Origin: Mytilus edulis
Taxonomy: Eukaryota
Length of the DNA stretch: 64,000 nt
Assembly (NCBI RefSeq): GCF_963676685.1
Contig: NC_092352.1
Coordinates: 54,994,001-55,058,000 of the forward strand
Reading direction: 5' to 3'
Below, in pieces: positions 13,958 to 27,110 of this stretch (positions are counted from its first letter, which is position 1; each line of letters opens with the position of its first letter). Under the pieces are notes generated by a model. That model ran no database searches. It worked only from the letters and a program-made list of their open reading frames with translations, and was not told the origin of the DNA. Position numbers and translations under genes: made by a program.

Positions 13958-15389
13958 CGTACATTATAAGCCTGGTATCTTAGATGAGTTTTTATATTAC
14001 TCGATCTTTAAAAGTTGACTTTGGTCATTGAGACATACACAATATTTTAACGAATTCCTTTGCCATTTTTAGGATATAAAAATATTTATCTTTATAATGT
14101 ACTGAAATATTGCAAGTGGGTTTTCGACAGGTCTAACTTAAGAATGTAGCAACAAACCTATAAGCATAATATGCATCAAACTTAAAAAAGGTTGTGCAAA
14201 CATTTAAAGAGAGGGCTTATTTATGCATTTTAACTCATTACAATTGAGAGGTTTAGCTAGCTATAAAACCAGATTTAATCCACCATTTTCTACAAAAGGA
14301 AATGTCTGTACCAATCAAGAATATGGCAGTTGATTTCCATTGGTGTGGTGTGTTTGAGCTTTTGATTTTGCCATTTGATAAATGATTTTCCTTGGAGTTC
14401 GGTACTTTTGTTATTTTACTTTCCCCTTTAAAAATGTTCCCCTATAAAAATATCGGAAATTGATGAGACTGTCATTAAAGTGAGAGGGTTAGCGCTATAG
14501 AACCAGGTTTAATCCACCATTTTCTACATTTGAAAATGCCTGTACCAAGTCAAGAATATGACAGTTTTTGTCCATTCGTTTTTGATGCGTTTTGTTATTT
14601 GATTTTGCCATGTGATTATGGACTTTCCCAATTGATCTTCCTCTAAGTTCAGTATTTTTGTGATTTTACTTTTTAATATCCCATATCTAGAATCAAAGTA
14701 TTAGTTTTTGTTTCTTTGCTTGTTAGTACCAATTACATCTCCTTAAACAAAATCACATTCCACACCATAAAACATGTTGCAAATATTCCAAGTAACCTCT
14801 TTTATTATTGAACTAACAAACGCTCCTGTTGTTAAAACAAACATGCATCATTATTATGTTTGCACTAGCGTTGGTATTTCATTATTGTCAACATCATCTA
14901 TTAACTTTATTTGTATCCAACGTTTAGTTTTGATAAAATGATACGTTTTCCATTGAAACTGTTACATCACGACCTTGTAATTTTATAAACATCATGCATT
15001 ATTCTACTTTTAAAAGTCATATTTTTAAATTTCAATTATACGTATAATAATTGATTTAATATCCTAGAAAATAATACCGAAATTACCCTATTTGATTTAC
15101 AACCTATAATATATTATGTACAGAATCGCTTGATTTTCATTTTTATAACATTTGCTGATTAAGATTATTTCTTTAACTTACTTAAAAAATAACATAAATT
15201 TAGAATCACGGATAAATTTTATTCTCTGATCGTAATTTGCTGCACTACTGTGCTTCTTAACACCCACTTTTGGCATATACTGCTTTCGCCTTCTCTGTCA
15301 TTTAGCCAATCGTTCGAGAATAATTTCTCACCCAATTTCTAATTTTCTACTGAACACAAAGACGTTATATTTTTTCATTTGCTTTTCAT

Positions 15390-16880
15390 TCTATGACAAA
15401 CGAGACGATTTTAGTTTTGAAATTATCAATTTGCACCGCTTAAGTAGCAATATACCAACTCCCTATGCTTATGGGGTATACATTTCCCAACTCATTCGGT
15501 ATCAAGAGCTTGTAACTGCTACTAAGACTATCTAAAACGTCACTAGTGTCTGAGATGAACCAGGGTTATGTCAAAGAGCGTCTCCCCCTTTTTTATGGCC
15601 CCGCAACGAAGTTGTCGGTGCCATATAGGTTTACCCTTGTCAGTAATTCCGTCAATAGTCATTCCGCAACAAACCATTATACGGACTTTTTAACACCCTC
15701 AGATATTGGGGTGATTATTTGGTATGTGAGTTAACCATGTATGTTTTGGACATTGATAAATTGTTGAAATCACAGTTATACGGACTTTTTTTCTTAACGC
15801 CTTCAGATATTGGGCTGATTATTGGTATGTCAGTTAACCATGAAGAGTTTCAGATCAAGGTTAAGTTTCGTTCTGCTCCGCTAATTTTTGCCGAAATTAA
15901 GGACTTTGGTATTTGATAAATTATTGAAAATCACAGTTATACGGATTTTTTTTCTAAACGCCTTTAGATATTGGAGTGATTTTTGGTATGTCAGTTTACC
16001 ATGATGAGTTACAAATCAAGTTTAAGTTTTGTTCTGCTCCGCTGATTTTTTACCGAAGTTAAGAGATTAAGACTTAGAAAATTGTTGAAAATCACAGTTA
16101 CACAATTATAAAGACTTCAGATTTTGAGCTGATTTTTGATATGTGAGACTACCATCATGTTTGTGTCCACATGTGCAGATTTTCTACTTTTTGAGACGGG
16201 GTCATTCGTGTCGTTTTGACACATCTAGTTTAAAAATAAGTTCATCGGAATATACCAAGAACTTGTTGATAGATATTCCATGATAATTTCACAAATAACA
16301 CATGATTGTCTTGAAGTATAGCTTCTAGGTACTGACGTGTCTATCAACCTAATTAAAAAAGTGTTGTTTTATTTGTCTTTGTTATAAATTATTAAACTTT
16401 ACTGTTTTGTCTTATCGTGGTAATATCATTTTTGCTTGGCTCATGCATTCCGCCAATGTGTTGCTGTGATAAATGTTTGTATTCTTTTTCTTTCATTTTT
16501 GTCTAATATGTGCTTTGTTTATATGCCATTTTTTTTACATATTTGTTTGTTTTTAAGTGATTACGATTGTAGTACAGTGTTTACTGCTGTACCCTGATTT
16601 TTGATATTTTTACCTATTATGTCGACTTGTTTTGTTCACACATTGTTGTCAAGATAGTGCAATTCTATAGGACAGTCATACAAGTGAGAAATTTAGCTAG
16701 CTATAAAACCAGGTTTAATCCACCGTTTTCTACATAAGGAAATGTCTGTACCAAGTCAGACACATGACATTTGTTTTCCATTCATTTGATGGGGTTGATC
16801 TTTTGATTTTACCATTAGATAAGAGACTTTCAGATTTGAGTTTTCCTTGCAGTTCGGTATTTTCGTCATTTTACTTTTTG
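15390..16880 (+). mobile_element. Family B copy split by a Helentron-type insertion
   Basis: RT thumb at 15390-15590 resumes at 16230 (aaaaataagttcatcgga) and continues into the 3'UTR. Confidence 0.75.
15595..16228 (+). mobile_element. Helentron-associated (HINE-like) element with internal 161-bp tandem repeats
   Basis: Subterminal inverted motif ggccccg / cggggtc, 3' hairpin gtgtc-gtttt-gacac, CTAG end and T-run insertion site; cacagtta recurs at 15771, 15932 and 16093. Confidence 0.75.
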
Positions 16881-16894
16881 ATAGTGACAAGTTG

Positions 16895-18160
16895 TTACGA
16901 ACACACACTTTTCTGGTATGCTAGACACATACGTCCTGTTTGCTGATACCTTGAATTTTCAAAGTTTATTGATATGACTTTTGATTCGTCACATATTTCT
17001 ACAGTACTACGGAACCGAATGACTTCATATTTCACCAGCACCTTGACAGTGATAAGTTGTAACGTGTGATCACTTTCAGATCTGTCGAGCACCTATTTCC
17101 TATGCCTATATTTTGAAATTTTCAACATGTTAAATGAACTTAAAAAACTTTCGTGACACATTTTCCCAGCACACCTAAACATTTTGTCCGATCGTCCGAC
17201 ATTTATTTCCGTCCAACACTTTTTTTTAATGTACTACCGAACAAAATGACGTCTTGTTTTGTCAGCAGCTTGAAAAAAGTAAAATCACAAAAATACTGAA
17301 CTCCGAGGAAAATTCAAAACGGAAAGTCCCTAATCAAATGGCAAAATTAAATGATAAAACACATCAAACGAATGGACAACAACTGTCATACTCCTGACCT
17401 GGTACAGGCATTTTGAAATGTAGATAAGGGCTGACTGAAGTTCACTGAACCTAGTTTTATAGCGCCAAACCACTCACCTGCATGACAGCCGCACCAAATT
17501 CCATTATATTTACAACGATGCGTGAACAAAACAGAAATAATAGGTAAAATTGTCAAAATAGGGGTACATCAGTCATCACCGTGTCACTCTGTCGGACACA
17601 GTTTTCTAGTTTGCTGATACTTTGAAGGTTGAATGAACTGAACCTGTATACAATTGTTTTAATTGTGAATTAACTGTTTACAAAACCTTAAATTTTTCGT
17701 TACCCATTTATTCAGTACAACTGAACAGAATGGCTTCATATTTCATCAGCAACTTGACACCCTCTAGTATCTTTCGCCTCTCTTTGACAGTGATGAGTTG
17801 TAAAGTGTGACCCCTTTCAGATCTGTCCGACATCTGTTCTTGTGCATATATTTTGAATTTTCAATATGGTGAATGAACTTAAAAACTTTCTTCATACATT
17901 TCTCGTGTTTTCTGAACATCTAGAATGACTGTATTGCATCATCAACTTGACAGAGAAGAGTTGTAACGTATTATCACTTTCAGGATCAGTCAGACATATC
18001 TTTCTGTACCTATATTTTAGACTTTTCAATATGTAGAATGAACTTAAAATATTCGTAACGCCTTTCTCAAAGAGAACTGAATGACTTTATATTTAGTCAC
18101 TACCTTGGCAGTGATAAGTTGAAATGTGAAAGCTCCTTTAAGATTTGTCAGGTACCTACT
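16895..18160. repeat. Degenerate ~150-200-bp tandem array interrupted by a family B insertion
   Basis: gaatgacttcatatttca..cttgacagtgataagttgtaa..ctttcagatctgtc..aatgaacttaaaa recurs at about 17015, 17725, 17922 and 18078. Confidence 0.7.
17275..17590 (-). mobile_element. Family B 3' end on the minus strand (degenerate copy also at about 29310-29600)
   Basis: aaaagtaaaatcacaaaaatactgaactccgaggaaaattc... is the reverse complement of the family B tail. Confidence 0.8.
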
Positions 18161-18580
18161 AAACATTGCTACTAGGGGTATGATTGGCACGAAAACGCCG
18201 CGTACTATCGTGTGTTTGATTTTTTCTTTCCATAATGTAAGGAACTGTGAACACGAAAACAGTACGAAAATATCTAAGTTGTAGCAAAATTCAAAACGGA
18301 AAGTCTATTACAGTATTATTGTATAATTTAAGAAAAATTATACTACGTCAATATGATCATTTCACACATCACAAAAATCACCATTCAAGGTAGTGCTACA
18401 TTTGACGCAGAGTTGATTGAAATGGGAGAGGGGATTCATAAATTTCTATAGAGTAACCCAAAGCCATCATATGCAAATCTTACTTAAGAGAGTTATATTT
18501 TTGGTATTTTTTTAAGCCGAGAAATGCATATATAATTGAAGATAATTACACAAAGGACTATCATTGCACTAGATTCCCTC

Positions 18581-18805
18581 ATGTGGAGCAGGATCTGCTA
18601 GCTTTTTCAGATGTACCTTAAAATACTCTAAATAAATCCATTAGTTAGCAGTATTACTGCACGTGCAGACCTGAGATCCCCCCCCCCCCCCCCCCCCCCA
18701 GTTTTTGGTGGTGGTTCGATTTTTCTTTTTGTTTTTAACCTTGGTGTTGTCAGTTTATTTTTGATCTTTGAGTTTGAATATCCCTCTACTCTTTCGCTCC
18801 ATTTT
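18581..18805 (+). mobile_element. Degenerate family A 3'UTR with an expanded poly-C tract
   Basis: atgtggagcaggatctgct...cctgagat followed by about 22 C in place of cacccc, then agtttttggtgg. Confidence 0.65.
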
Positions 18806-21800
18806 TCGATAAAACCTATTAAAGTTGATCAAATCTAAACAAAGTGTTTAAATGCGTTCAACGTGCTTTTCTGGAATTATGTTCATCATGAATGAAGAGA
18901 AACCGAGATGACGCTCTAGACAATAACGCTAAAAAATATTCGTTGTTTTACTAAAACCACTGGGTCAAATTCGACAAATGTTCATTAAAAGATGCCAATG
19001 AATAGTACTCTCTAATATTATTCAATAATTTTCACTTATTATAGATGCATTGCAATGATTACATCTTCATTAAAAATTGTACTATATATATTTTTTTAAT
19101 AATATTTAGATTTCACCAGCACCGGATATTTAAGGTGGTTTACACCTTCAGCAATAAGCTGAAAATTTAAATGGTTTAAAGGGGAGTTACAAAATAGTGT
19201 AAACAGTAAACAACAATATCGAATTCAAAGTAAATTCACAATGTTGTAAGTTCAAACAAATTGAATTCAAAGGTAAATTCGAAATGTTGTAAGTTCAAAA
19301 GAAACATGACAAAATCAACTGTTAGACTATATCAACCATCGGAAAGAATAAACACAACTAAAAACAAACGCAAACATCATAGAATATATCGTCTTCTCTG
19401 AACTTCTCGCATTAAGCAGTAAAACTCTTGCTAAAGTGGGGTGTCCATTTGACTGTGTGTGGTGTATAAATATGCAACAACATCAAGTCATGATTGGGAC
19501 GTTCTATGCGTATTCTTGGGTGAGTGAAACCCTTTCTTTTAAGTTAAAAAAAAACTGCACAGAAACTCACATAGGAGTGCGCAAATTAAATTTCTGTCCG
19601 TATTCAACATATCCTCATTCTCAGTGCTTTCCTGCCTTTTATCTCAGTTTACCTGTCCTGCACAAAATATTTTAAAAACTTCCTGAGAAGTCATCGTATT
19701 TTTTATGAGTTGTATTTTTTGATTGTCATCGTTACAGTTTTGTGAAAAAAAACTTATTACGGAATTTCAAGTTTTTGGCAAAGTCTTTACCAGAAAGTTC
19801 AAACAAAAGATAGCTTGTTAAACATGAAAAAAATTGTAAGCACAAGTTAGAGTGCATTGAAGTGATTACTTCCAATACGGACACATTATCAGAAAGTAAA
19901 AACTTGAGGATGATAAGAACGTAATCTGTTGAAATTAAATCCAACGTTTATTAACCCAAGTATAATCCTGGTATCTAGGATGAATTTATTAATAAGTAGA
20001 GTTGAGTAGGGTTGTTAAATTTTCAAAAAACAAGTTATATCATCGGTTTTGTTAAAGGTACACCTATAAAATCAATTTACTATATTAACACTTGTGATGT
20101 TAATGATGTACACCTCTGAGGAGCCAAAAATTTCTAGAATTATTAACTTTTTTCCTAACCTTGTTATTGCGTTTATAAGATTGTACAAAGTAATCGAAAA
20201 AGACAAAATTATTAAGGGTGCACTTCTTTAATTTCTACGGCCTTTTTAAAGAAAAAAAACCCATTTGTGATGCTTTTTCCCATTTTTCTTCAATTTAACC
20301 TATTTTTTGGCTATCACAGTTTCACAATTTTACTTATTTTTAAGATTCAACTAAAGATGGAGTGGACCAATCTGAATAAATCTTACAAAAAAAAAAAACA
20401 GATTAGATTATATTTTTTTTAAATGTTGTTGCTTTTTCGTGTCAAATTGACCATGCTGTAAATTTTAAAATTTTGGAATTTCCCTTTTTTTTTTTAAACA
20501 AATGCATTTTATTTTTGGTAATATCATTCCTATGTTCTCTTCACCCGTTTTCTCAGGTTTTTGACTGATGACACTGGCCGGATTTCCTTAAAAATAATTG
20601 AATATTATACAACTTTAAACTACTTTTTATAAGTACACATTTTTTTTTCACATAGTTTAGTATGATTATAATATTTTTAATAACATTTATTGATATTTCC
20701 CAATGTTTTGGTAATAATTCAAGAACGAGATTTCAACAAGATAGAAAAGTCAGAAGAATACATCCTCAATTTCAATCATTTCGTTTTATAAAAACAAACA
20801 CAGTCAAGCATACGATTCGAAACACATGCCAAAGGAAATTTAGTAGAATGATCACGATAATCAAATGTTTACTTTATCTAAATGATTCTCATTCTACGTT
20901 CTCTCTATCCTCATATGTATTCAACTCTTGAATCTTAATTTTTACTTTCAGTTTCTCCTTCCTTTGAATTATTCATTTAAGCTCTAATATAAGTAATCTA
21001 CTAAAAGATAACGAAACATTAATATCAGAAATAATGATGATATTTATTAATTGATGTGATAGAAATACACGATGCAAATATCGTTTAGCCAAATAAAAGA
21101 ACTATGTGAACACACTTATTTGCTTCGTTGTCACCGTTACCATCGAAAAAGAATATAAAGTACCGACTTTAAAATTATTCCTTCCAATTGAATCATACTT
21201 CCGTTAATAATCTATTAGTATGGTTTAATTTAATAAATATTTAGACCATTTTGATATCGAAATCAATTAAATTATCAAATATAATGCAATATACTTAACA
21301 CATTTACTTAAAAGATTAAGCAGTTTTATATGTTTTTTTTATAAATTTTGACACAATCTCGTGTTTCTCGAGTACATAATCCGTTTTCTTCATTTGTGAA
21401 GGATGTCGAATTCCCTGTTTGGCATTGACATACATTTTATCTTGTTTTTTTTACTTGGACAGAGGAGTGTTTATCTTTGAATTTTAGACTATTGAATATG
21501 GCAGGATTAACTTATTTGCCTCATTTAAATTTACGTGTTGGCGTAATCTTTAAAGCTTCAAACTATGAAATGCCAACTGGGATTTCTTTTGAAATATACT
21601 TTGGGGATCAATAAAAAAGATTCTTTTATTTTATTGGATAGAAATTCACCCATATATTCCTTACGTGAAGAAACTCAATCTAAACGTGTTCTATTCACGC
21701 CTTTTTTTTTACCAAAGCACCGAGGAAATATAGACCATTTTGATATCGAAATCAATCAAATTATCAAATATAATGCAATATACTTGACATGCTGAAAAAA

Positions 21801-22362
21801 AATCTTTTTTACCCAGAAATCCCCATGTTTTTTTTCTAATGCACCTATAACATAAAAATTAGCAACTGACCACTAGAGGCCAAATGATAATGTTTTTAAT
21901 TTGTTTTCCCATTTCATTTTTCTGTAGAAGTTACTGTACTTTTGTGTTATCAAATACGGTTAAAATATTTTTATGATTTGTGTTCTTTACACCCATCTCG
22001 ATAGAACCACAAAAAAATATGTAAATAAATATTTGATATTAAAAATAAAATATTTAAAAGTTATTCCTAAAACTTTTAAAGATGCAAAATTTGGGGACGC
22101 TAATTCGTTCCATAGATCATTAGAAAATACTTAAAGCAGGTAGCCTTGTCTCCTTTAAGGCCAGTGTGGAACAATTACTTTGTTTTTCAAATTAAATTGT
22201 CTAATAGTCTAATCCATTTAGCATACTTTCCTTCACTTCGTGTTTTCATTGTGCCTTATATTTTTCTCAAATATAGGTGTTTTTTTTTTATATATTTCAG
22301 CGTATTGTGCTTTAACGTGTACAAATGAATCATAGATGAGTAATTAAAGCAGACAAATATAT

Positions 22363-22733
22363 AAAAGAGGGACGAAAGATACCAAAGGGACAGTCAAACT
22401 CATAAATCTAAAACAAACTGACAACGCCATGGCTAAAAATTAAAATAACAAACAGTAAAACAATAGTACACACGACACAACATAGAAAACTAAAGAATAA
22501 ACATCACGAACCCCACCAAAAACTAGGGGCGATCTCAGGTGCTCCGGAAGGGTAAGCAGATCCTGCTGCACATGTGGCACCCGTCGTGTTGCTTAGGTGA
22601 TTACAAATCCGGTAAATAGTCTAATTCAGTAGGTCATATTCATGAAAGGGAAGGGGATTGTAGTTACGACGTAAGGAACATATCCAATATCATTTGTGAA
22701 ACGGTTATTCCATAACGGTCAACCAACTCGTGA
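22363..22733 (-). mobile_element. Family A 3' end
   Basis: Reverse complement of about 24447-24817 at high identity. Confidence 0.85.
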
Positions 22734-24109
22734 CTAATATATATAACTTGTATATGAACATTTAATTTGCATCATTCATGAGAAGTGTTAACAGAAAATC
22801 CTAGAAAGTCTAAGGATCCAACAGATAACGATGTAATTTGCTTCGTGTTTAAAAATGGAAACAAATAAACAATCCTATCAAAGTAAGCGATACTAGAGTA
22901 ATTTATTTTGAGCATCATCAGGTTAGCCACAATCATTATTCATTTGAGATTAAAGATTTTCTTAAAATATCTTTGAAATGATATTTTAGGATTTCGTATA
23001 TTTTTCAATGCATATGATATACCCATGTTCTAATCTTAAAGATGGTGTACTATTCCCGGTTGTGATATTTTGAATGAGTGTAGATTTGCATGACAGGTCA
23101 TGAATGCAGATTCCCTGACTTTTTTACCTGATGTAGATCTTCGTTATGGGTTCGTGGGATTTGAACACCTGTAAACTACTGTTTGATTTAGTTTTTTTCT
23201 CAGACCCTTTTGTTTGGTAAATATCAATACAACTATATTCATCTTGATTTGGTATAGAAAAAGTCCGAAGTACATCATTGTCAAACCAACATAACTGTGT
23301 ATGGTCCTCTTTATTTTGATGACCTAATGAGTAAAACGAAATGTAAAATACCCTTAAACAGTTTTACTACATCAGATTCAGATTTTGACAGTTAATGTCT
23401 CTTCAAAACTGCTCGTGGCAAAAGCAAATTGAAAATTATTAATATAATGTAATGGTAAAAGAGCAGATATAAAAATATATAAGATAACCAAAACAAGACT
23501 ATGCACGCAGGGTTGCATTTCTTAATTTTGAATGTCGATATATATAGTGTAGTTCCTTAGTTTTATTAGACCACATTTCAATAACATAATATGCGTATTT
23601 TCATTTGAGTACAAAAGTACTGAGCTACTAGGCTGGTAATCGAATTTTCAAAATACATATATAAAGGTGTGATACCTTAAATTTCAGTAAAGGTTGAAAA
23701 ACTTTTTTTAAATGTTCTTCACATGAAGTAAACTAATGTGAAATTGATCTTCCGTCTGGAAAAAGCATTGAACATATCATAATTTATTTGATATCTTACA
23801 TGAATTAACTAATTAAAACAAGAAATAGACAGCAAATGTAGGTGGAGAACTCACATTTACGACAAAAAAGAAAAGTATTCCATTATGAGCTGTCAAATTT
23901 TTGTGTAGCACCTGCAAATGAAGTATTTATCTCTCATATCTTTATTTTAGTATTGATTATTGCAATGAAGCTTCTACACCAACGTGTCGACATTTTCGGG
24001 TAGTTGAAGTCTACGCATCGAAACTTTTAATTTTAGTATGTCTTTGTATGCATTCTAGTTGATAACATATAAATTATTTAGTCTAATGTGGAGGGTTGGC
24101 AATGATACA

Positions 24110-24817
24110 TCGAATTGGAGATAAAGGATACTACAGATACAGTTAAGTCGGCTTCATATCTTGACTTACATCTAGAAATTGACAATGAGGGTCGGTTGAA
24201 AACAAAACTTTACGACAAAAGAGATGATTTCAGCTTTCCAATTGTGAACTTTCCATTTCTAAGTAGCAACATTCCAGCAGCACCTGCATACGTGGTATAT
24301 ATCTCCCAATTGATACGATATTCCCGTGCTTGCATTTCCTATCATGATTTTCTTGATAGAGGGTTGCTGCTCACAAGGAAGCTATTACACCAAGAGTTCC
24401 AAATGGTGAAGTTGAAATCATCCCTTCGTAAATTTTACGGACGCTATCACGAGTTGGTTGACCGTTATGGAATAACCGTTTCACAAATGATATCGGATAT
24501 GTTCCTTACGTCGTAACTACAATCCCCTTCCCTTTCATGAATGTGACCTACCGAATTAGACTATTTACCGGATTTGTAATCACATAAGCAACACGACGGG
24601 TGCCACATGTGGAGCAGGATCTGCTTACCCTTCCGGAGCACCTGAGATCACTCCTAGTTTTTGGTGGGGTTCGTGTTGTTTATTCTTTAGTTTTCTATGT
24701 TGTGTCGTGTGTACTATTGTTTTTCTGTTTGTCTTTTTCATTTTTAGCCATGGCGTTGTCAGTTTGTTTTAGATTTATGAGTTTGACTGTCCCTTTGGTA
24801 TCTTTCGTCCCTCTTTT
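24110..24817 (+). mobile_element. Penelope-like (Naiad-type) family A, 5'-truncated: RT C-terminus plus 3'UTR
   Basis: ORF ELEIKDTT..SASYLDL..LYDKRDDFSFPIVNFPFLSSNIP..PAY.VYISQLIRYSRAC is PLE RT palm-end/thumb and stops at 24516 with no downstream GIY-YIG; ends in a T-rich tail. Confidence 0.85.
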
Positions 24818-24829
24818 ATTAGTAACAGT

Positions 24830-25085
24830 CCCTCTGAAGTCTTTTGTAGACGATTAGTGCTTCTGGTGTATAAGATTAAAACCTTGGTATTTTTAAGAAT
24901 TTTTACAACCATTAGGTCTATACCATTGCTGAAGGCCATTTTATTCGGGATGGTATCACCGACACTAGTCAGTACTCATGTCACGACACTAGTCAGTACT
25001 CATCGATATTGTCTTAACCTGTAAGTTTACTTTTAATACATTCAAAACATTACGGTAAATATACCCCAAGCCATTAGCCAATGCT
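24830..25085 (+). mobile_element. Degenerate, circularly permuted retrozyme-like copy
   Basis: Decayed hammerhead (gtcttttgtagacga..ctggtgta), then the monomer 3' end running into the monomer 5' start (caaccattaggtctataccattgctg...ggtatcacc). Confidence 0.6.
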
Positions 25086-25112
25086 TGTTTTGATATAAAA
25101 TTGATATGGTAA

Positions 25113-25335
25113 GGCCTCAGTTGCCGAATGGTCTAAGTAATTGAACTACTGTATTACTCGCCAGTTAACACCAAAGTTTTGAGTTCGAATCCTGCACGGG
25201 ACAGGTGCACTCGACTCCAATCTTTATTTACTCTGATTGTCAGTTTTCTTACCGAATTTTGATGGTTCTCTCTGGGAATACGAAATAGCACAATAGTGTT
25301 GAAAGTTGCGTTAAACCTATTAATCAATTAATCAG
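25113..25335 (+). mobile_element. tRNA-derived SINE
   Basis: Box A TTGCCGAATGG, box B GAGTTCGAATCC, 3' end gttgaaagttgcgttaaac followed by an (aatc)-like tail. Confidence 0.7.
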
Positions 25336-25489
25336 TAATGGATATAGATATTGCATGTTAATTTTCTGTTATTTAATTCAAAGCGCTATGTTTTTTCTAC
25401 AACCATGTATTACTGGTCTAATCAAAATTGGACAAATTGTATTCGGAACTTTTGGTTTCTTATTCTCTTCGTGCCTTTTTTTTTAATTC

Positions 25490-27110
25490 AAAAATAAAAA
25501 CAGTATATGACAGGCTCCAATACATGCTACACAGAAGAACAAGTGGTCAGTATGCTGCAGATTTTTTTATCGACAACATATTTGTTGAATTTGGAGACAG
25601 ACTTTTTCAACAAATTGTCGCAAATCCTATGGGAACGAACTGTGTGCCCCTTGTTGCCTACCTCTTCTTTCTTATTTTCATATAAATCGGAGTTCCTTTA
25701 GATACTTGTCAAACACAAGAAGATCAAAGAAACCAGATTATTTAATTTCACTTTCAGATATATTAATGATGTTCTTTCCATAAACAATCCGAACTTTTCT
25801 GATTGGGTTCCCTTAATATATTCCCCAGAACTAGAAATTAAATAAACAACATACACGGCTTCCTTCGCCGCATTTTATGACTTATATCTCGAATTTGACA
25901 TACATGGTCATCTCAGTACCCGAATCTATGACAAACGAGACGATTTTAATTTTAAAATTATAAATTTCCCCCACCTTAGTAGCAATATACCAACTTCACC
26001 TGCATATTGGATATGCTTTTCCAAACTTATTCAAAATTCAAGAGCTTGCAGCTCCTACTCAGACTTTGTAAAATGTCACCAGTGTCTGAGCAGAAAGTTA
26101 ATGAACCAGAGGTATTTCGCAGAACGTCTCGTCCTTTTTCTAAAGTTCATCGGAAGGTCCCAAGACCTTGCTGATAAATATTCCGTTGCAACTTCACAAA
26201 TAATACAATACGGTCTTGATGTATATATTCTGAGTACTGACATTGTTTACCACTGGACGTTAAGCAACCAACAATTAATCAATCTGACATTGTTTATCAT
26301 CTTAACAACGTGTTATATTATTCTTTTATTTATCTTTGTTCTATTATTAATATTACTGTTATTGGTTGGATTGTTTTCTCTGATATTCATTTGACGTTGC
26401 TCGGTACTTTAACATCCCGTCAAGGATCATTTTTGTGATGTGTTTTGTATATTCGACTTTTTGTATTTCTTTGGTTCTTATAACGAGTACTTTATAAGAT
26501 CCCGTCATCATGTTATTGTTCTATTATATGTTATGTTTTAGTTATTTTATAAATTTAAAAATACGTTGAACGACAAACGACATAATTATTATTAATAACG
26601 CAGTGGTAAAAACCATTTTTTGATTCTTAGAAATTCTAAAGAACTTTTGAACAATTTAAAATCTTGGTTTTTTTCTGAAATAAATTCCAACATACTTTTG
26701 ATTTCTTAACCCTGTATGCCAACATTCCCCATTTGAAATTATAAAATTGTTTTGTATAAACATTGAACGACAACATTTTTCCAGACATTTTTTTGGTTTA
26801 ATTGTAACACAGTGATGACTACTGTACCCATATTGTGACGATTTTATTTATTATGTCTGTTTTGTTCACATATCGTTGTAAATATAACGGAATTTGATGA
26901 GACTATCGTTCAAGTGAAAGGTTAGCGCTATAAAACCAGATTCAATCCACCATTTCTACATTTAAAAATGCCTCTTTCAAGTCAGGAATATGACAGTTGT
27001 TGTCCATTCGTTTTTGATGTGTTTTGTCATTTGATTTTGCCATGTGATTAGGGGCTTTCTGATTAAATTTTCCTCGAAGTTCAGTATTGTTGTGATTTTC
27101 TTTTTTTTAT
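25490..27110 (+). mobile_element. Penelope-like (Naiad-type) family B pseudogene: RT plus long 3'UTR
   Basis: Translates as FIDNIFVEFG..FQQIV.NPMGTNC.PL, FRYINDVLS, ELEIK*TT, IYDKRDDFNF..NFPHLSSNIPTSPAY, with a frameshift and TAG/TAA stops; followed by the family B 3'UTR ending ttgtgattttcttttt. Confidence 0.8.

Noticed and set aside
24600-24857. ORF MPHVEQDLLTLPEHLRS... (also 41488-41835 and 12786-12971) as a small membrane protein
   Set aside because: It lies in the T-rich family A 3'UTR, uses GTG/TTG starts and has no shared stop; the hydrophobicity follows from base composition.
25113-25195. tRNA gene (also 7000-7070 on the minus strand)
   Set aside because: A and B boxes are present but there is no complete cloverleaf, and the sequence continues into a SINE body.
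25490-26230. Selenoprotein-type Naiad (in-frame TGA plus SECIS), as known from some clams
   Set aside because: The interruptions seen are TAG, TAA and a frameshift, not TGA, and no SECIS was recognised.
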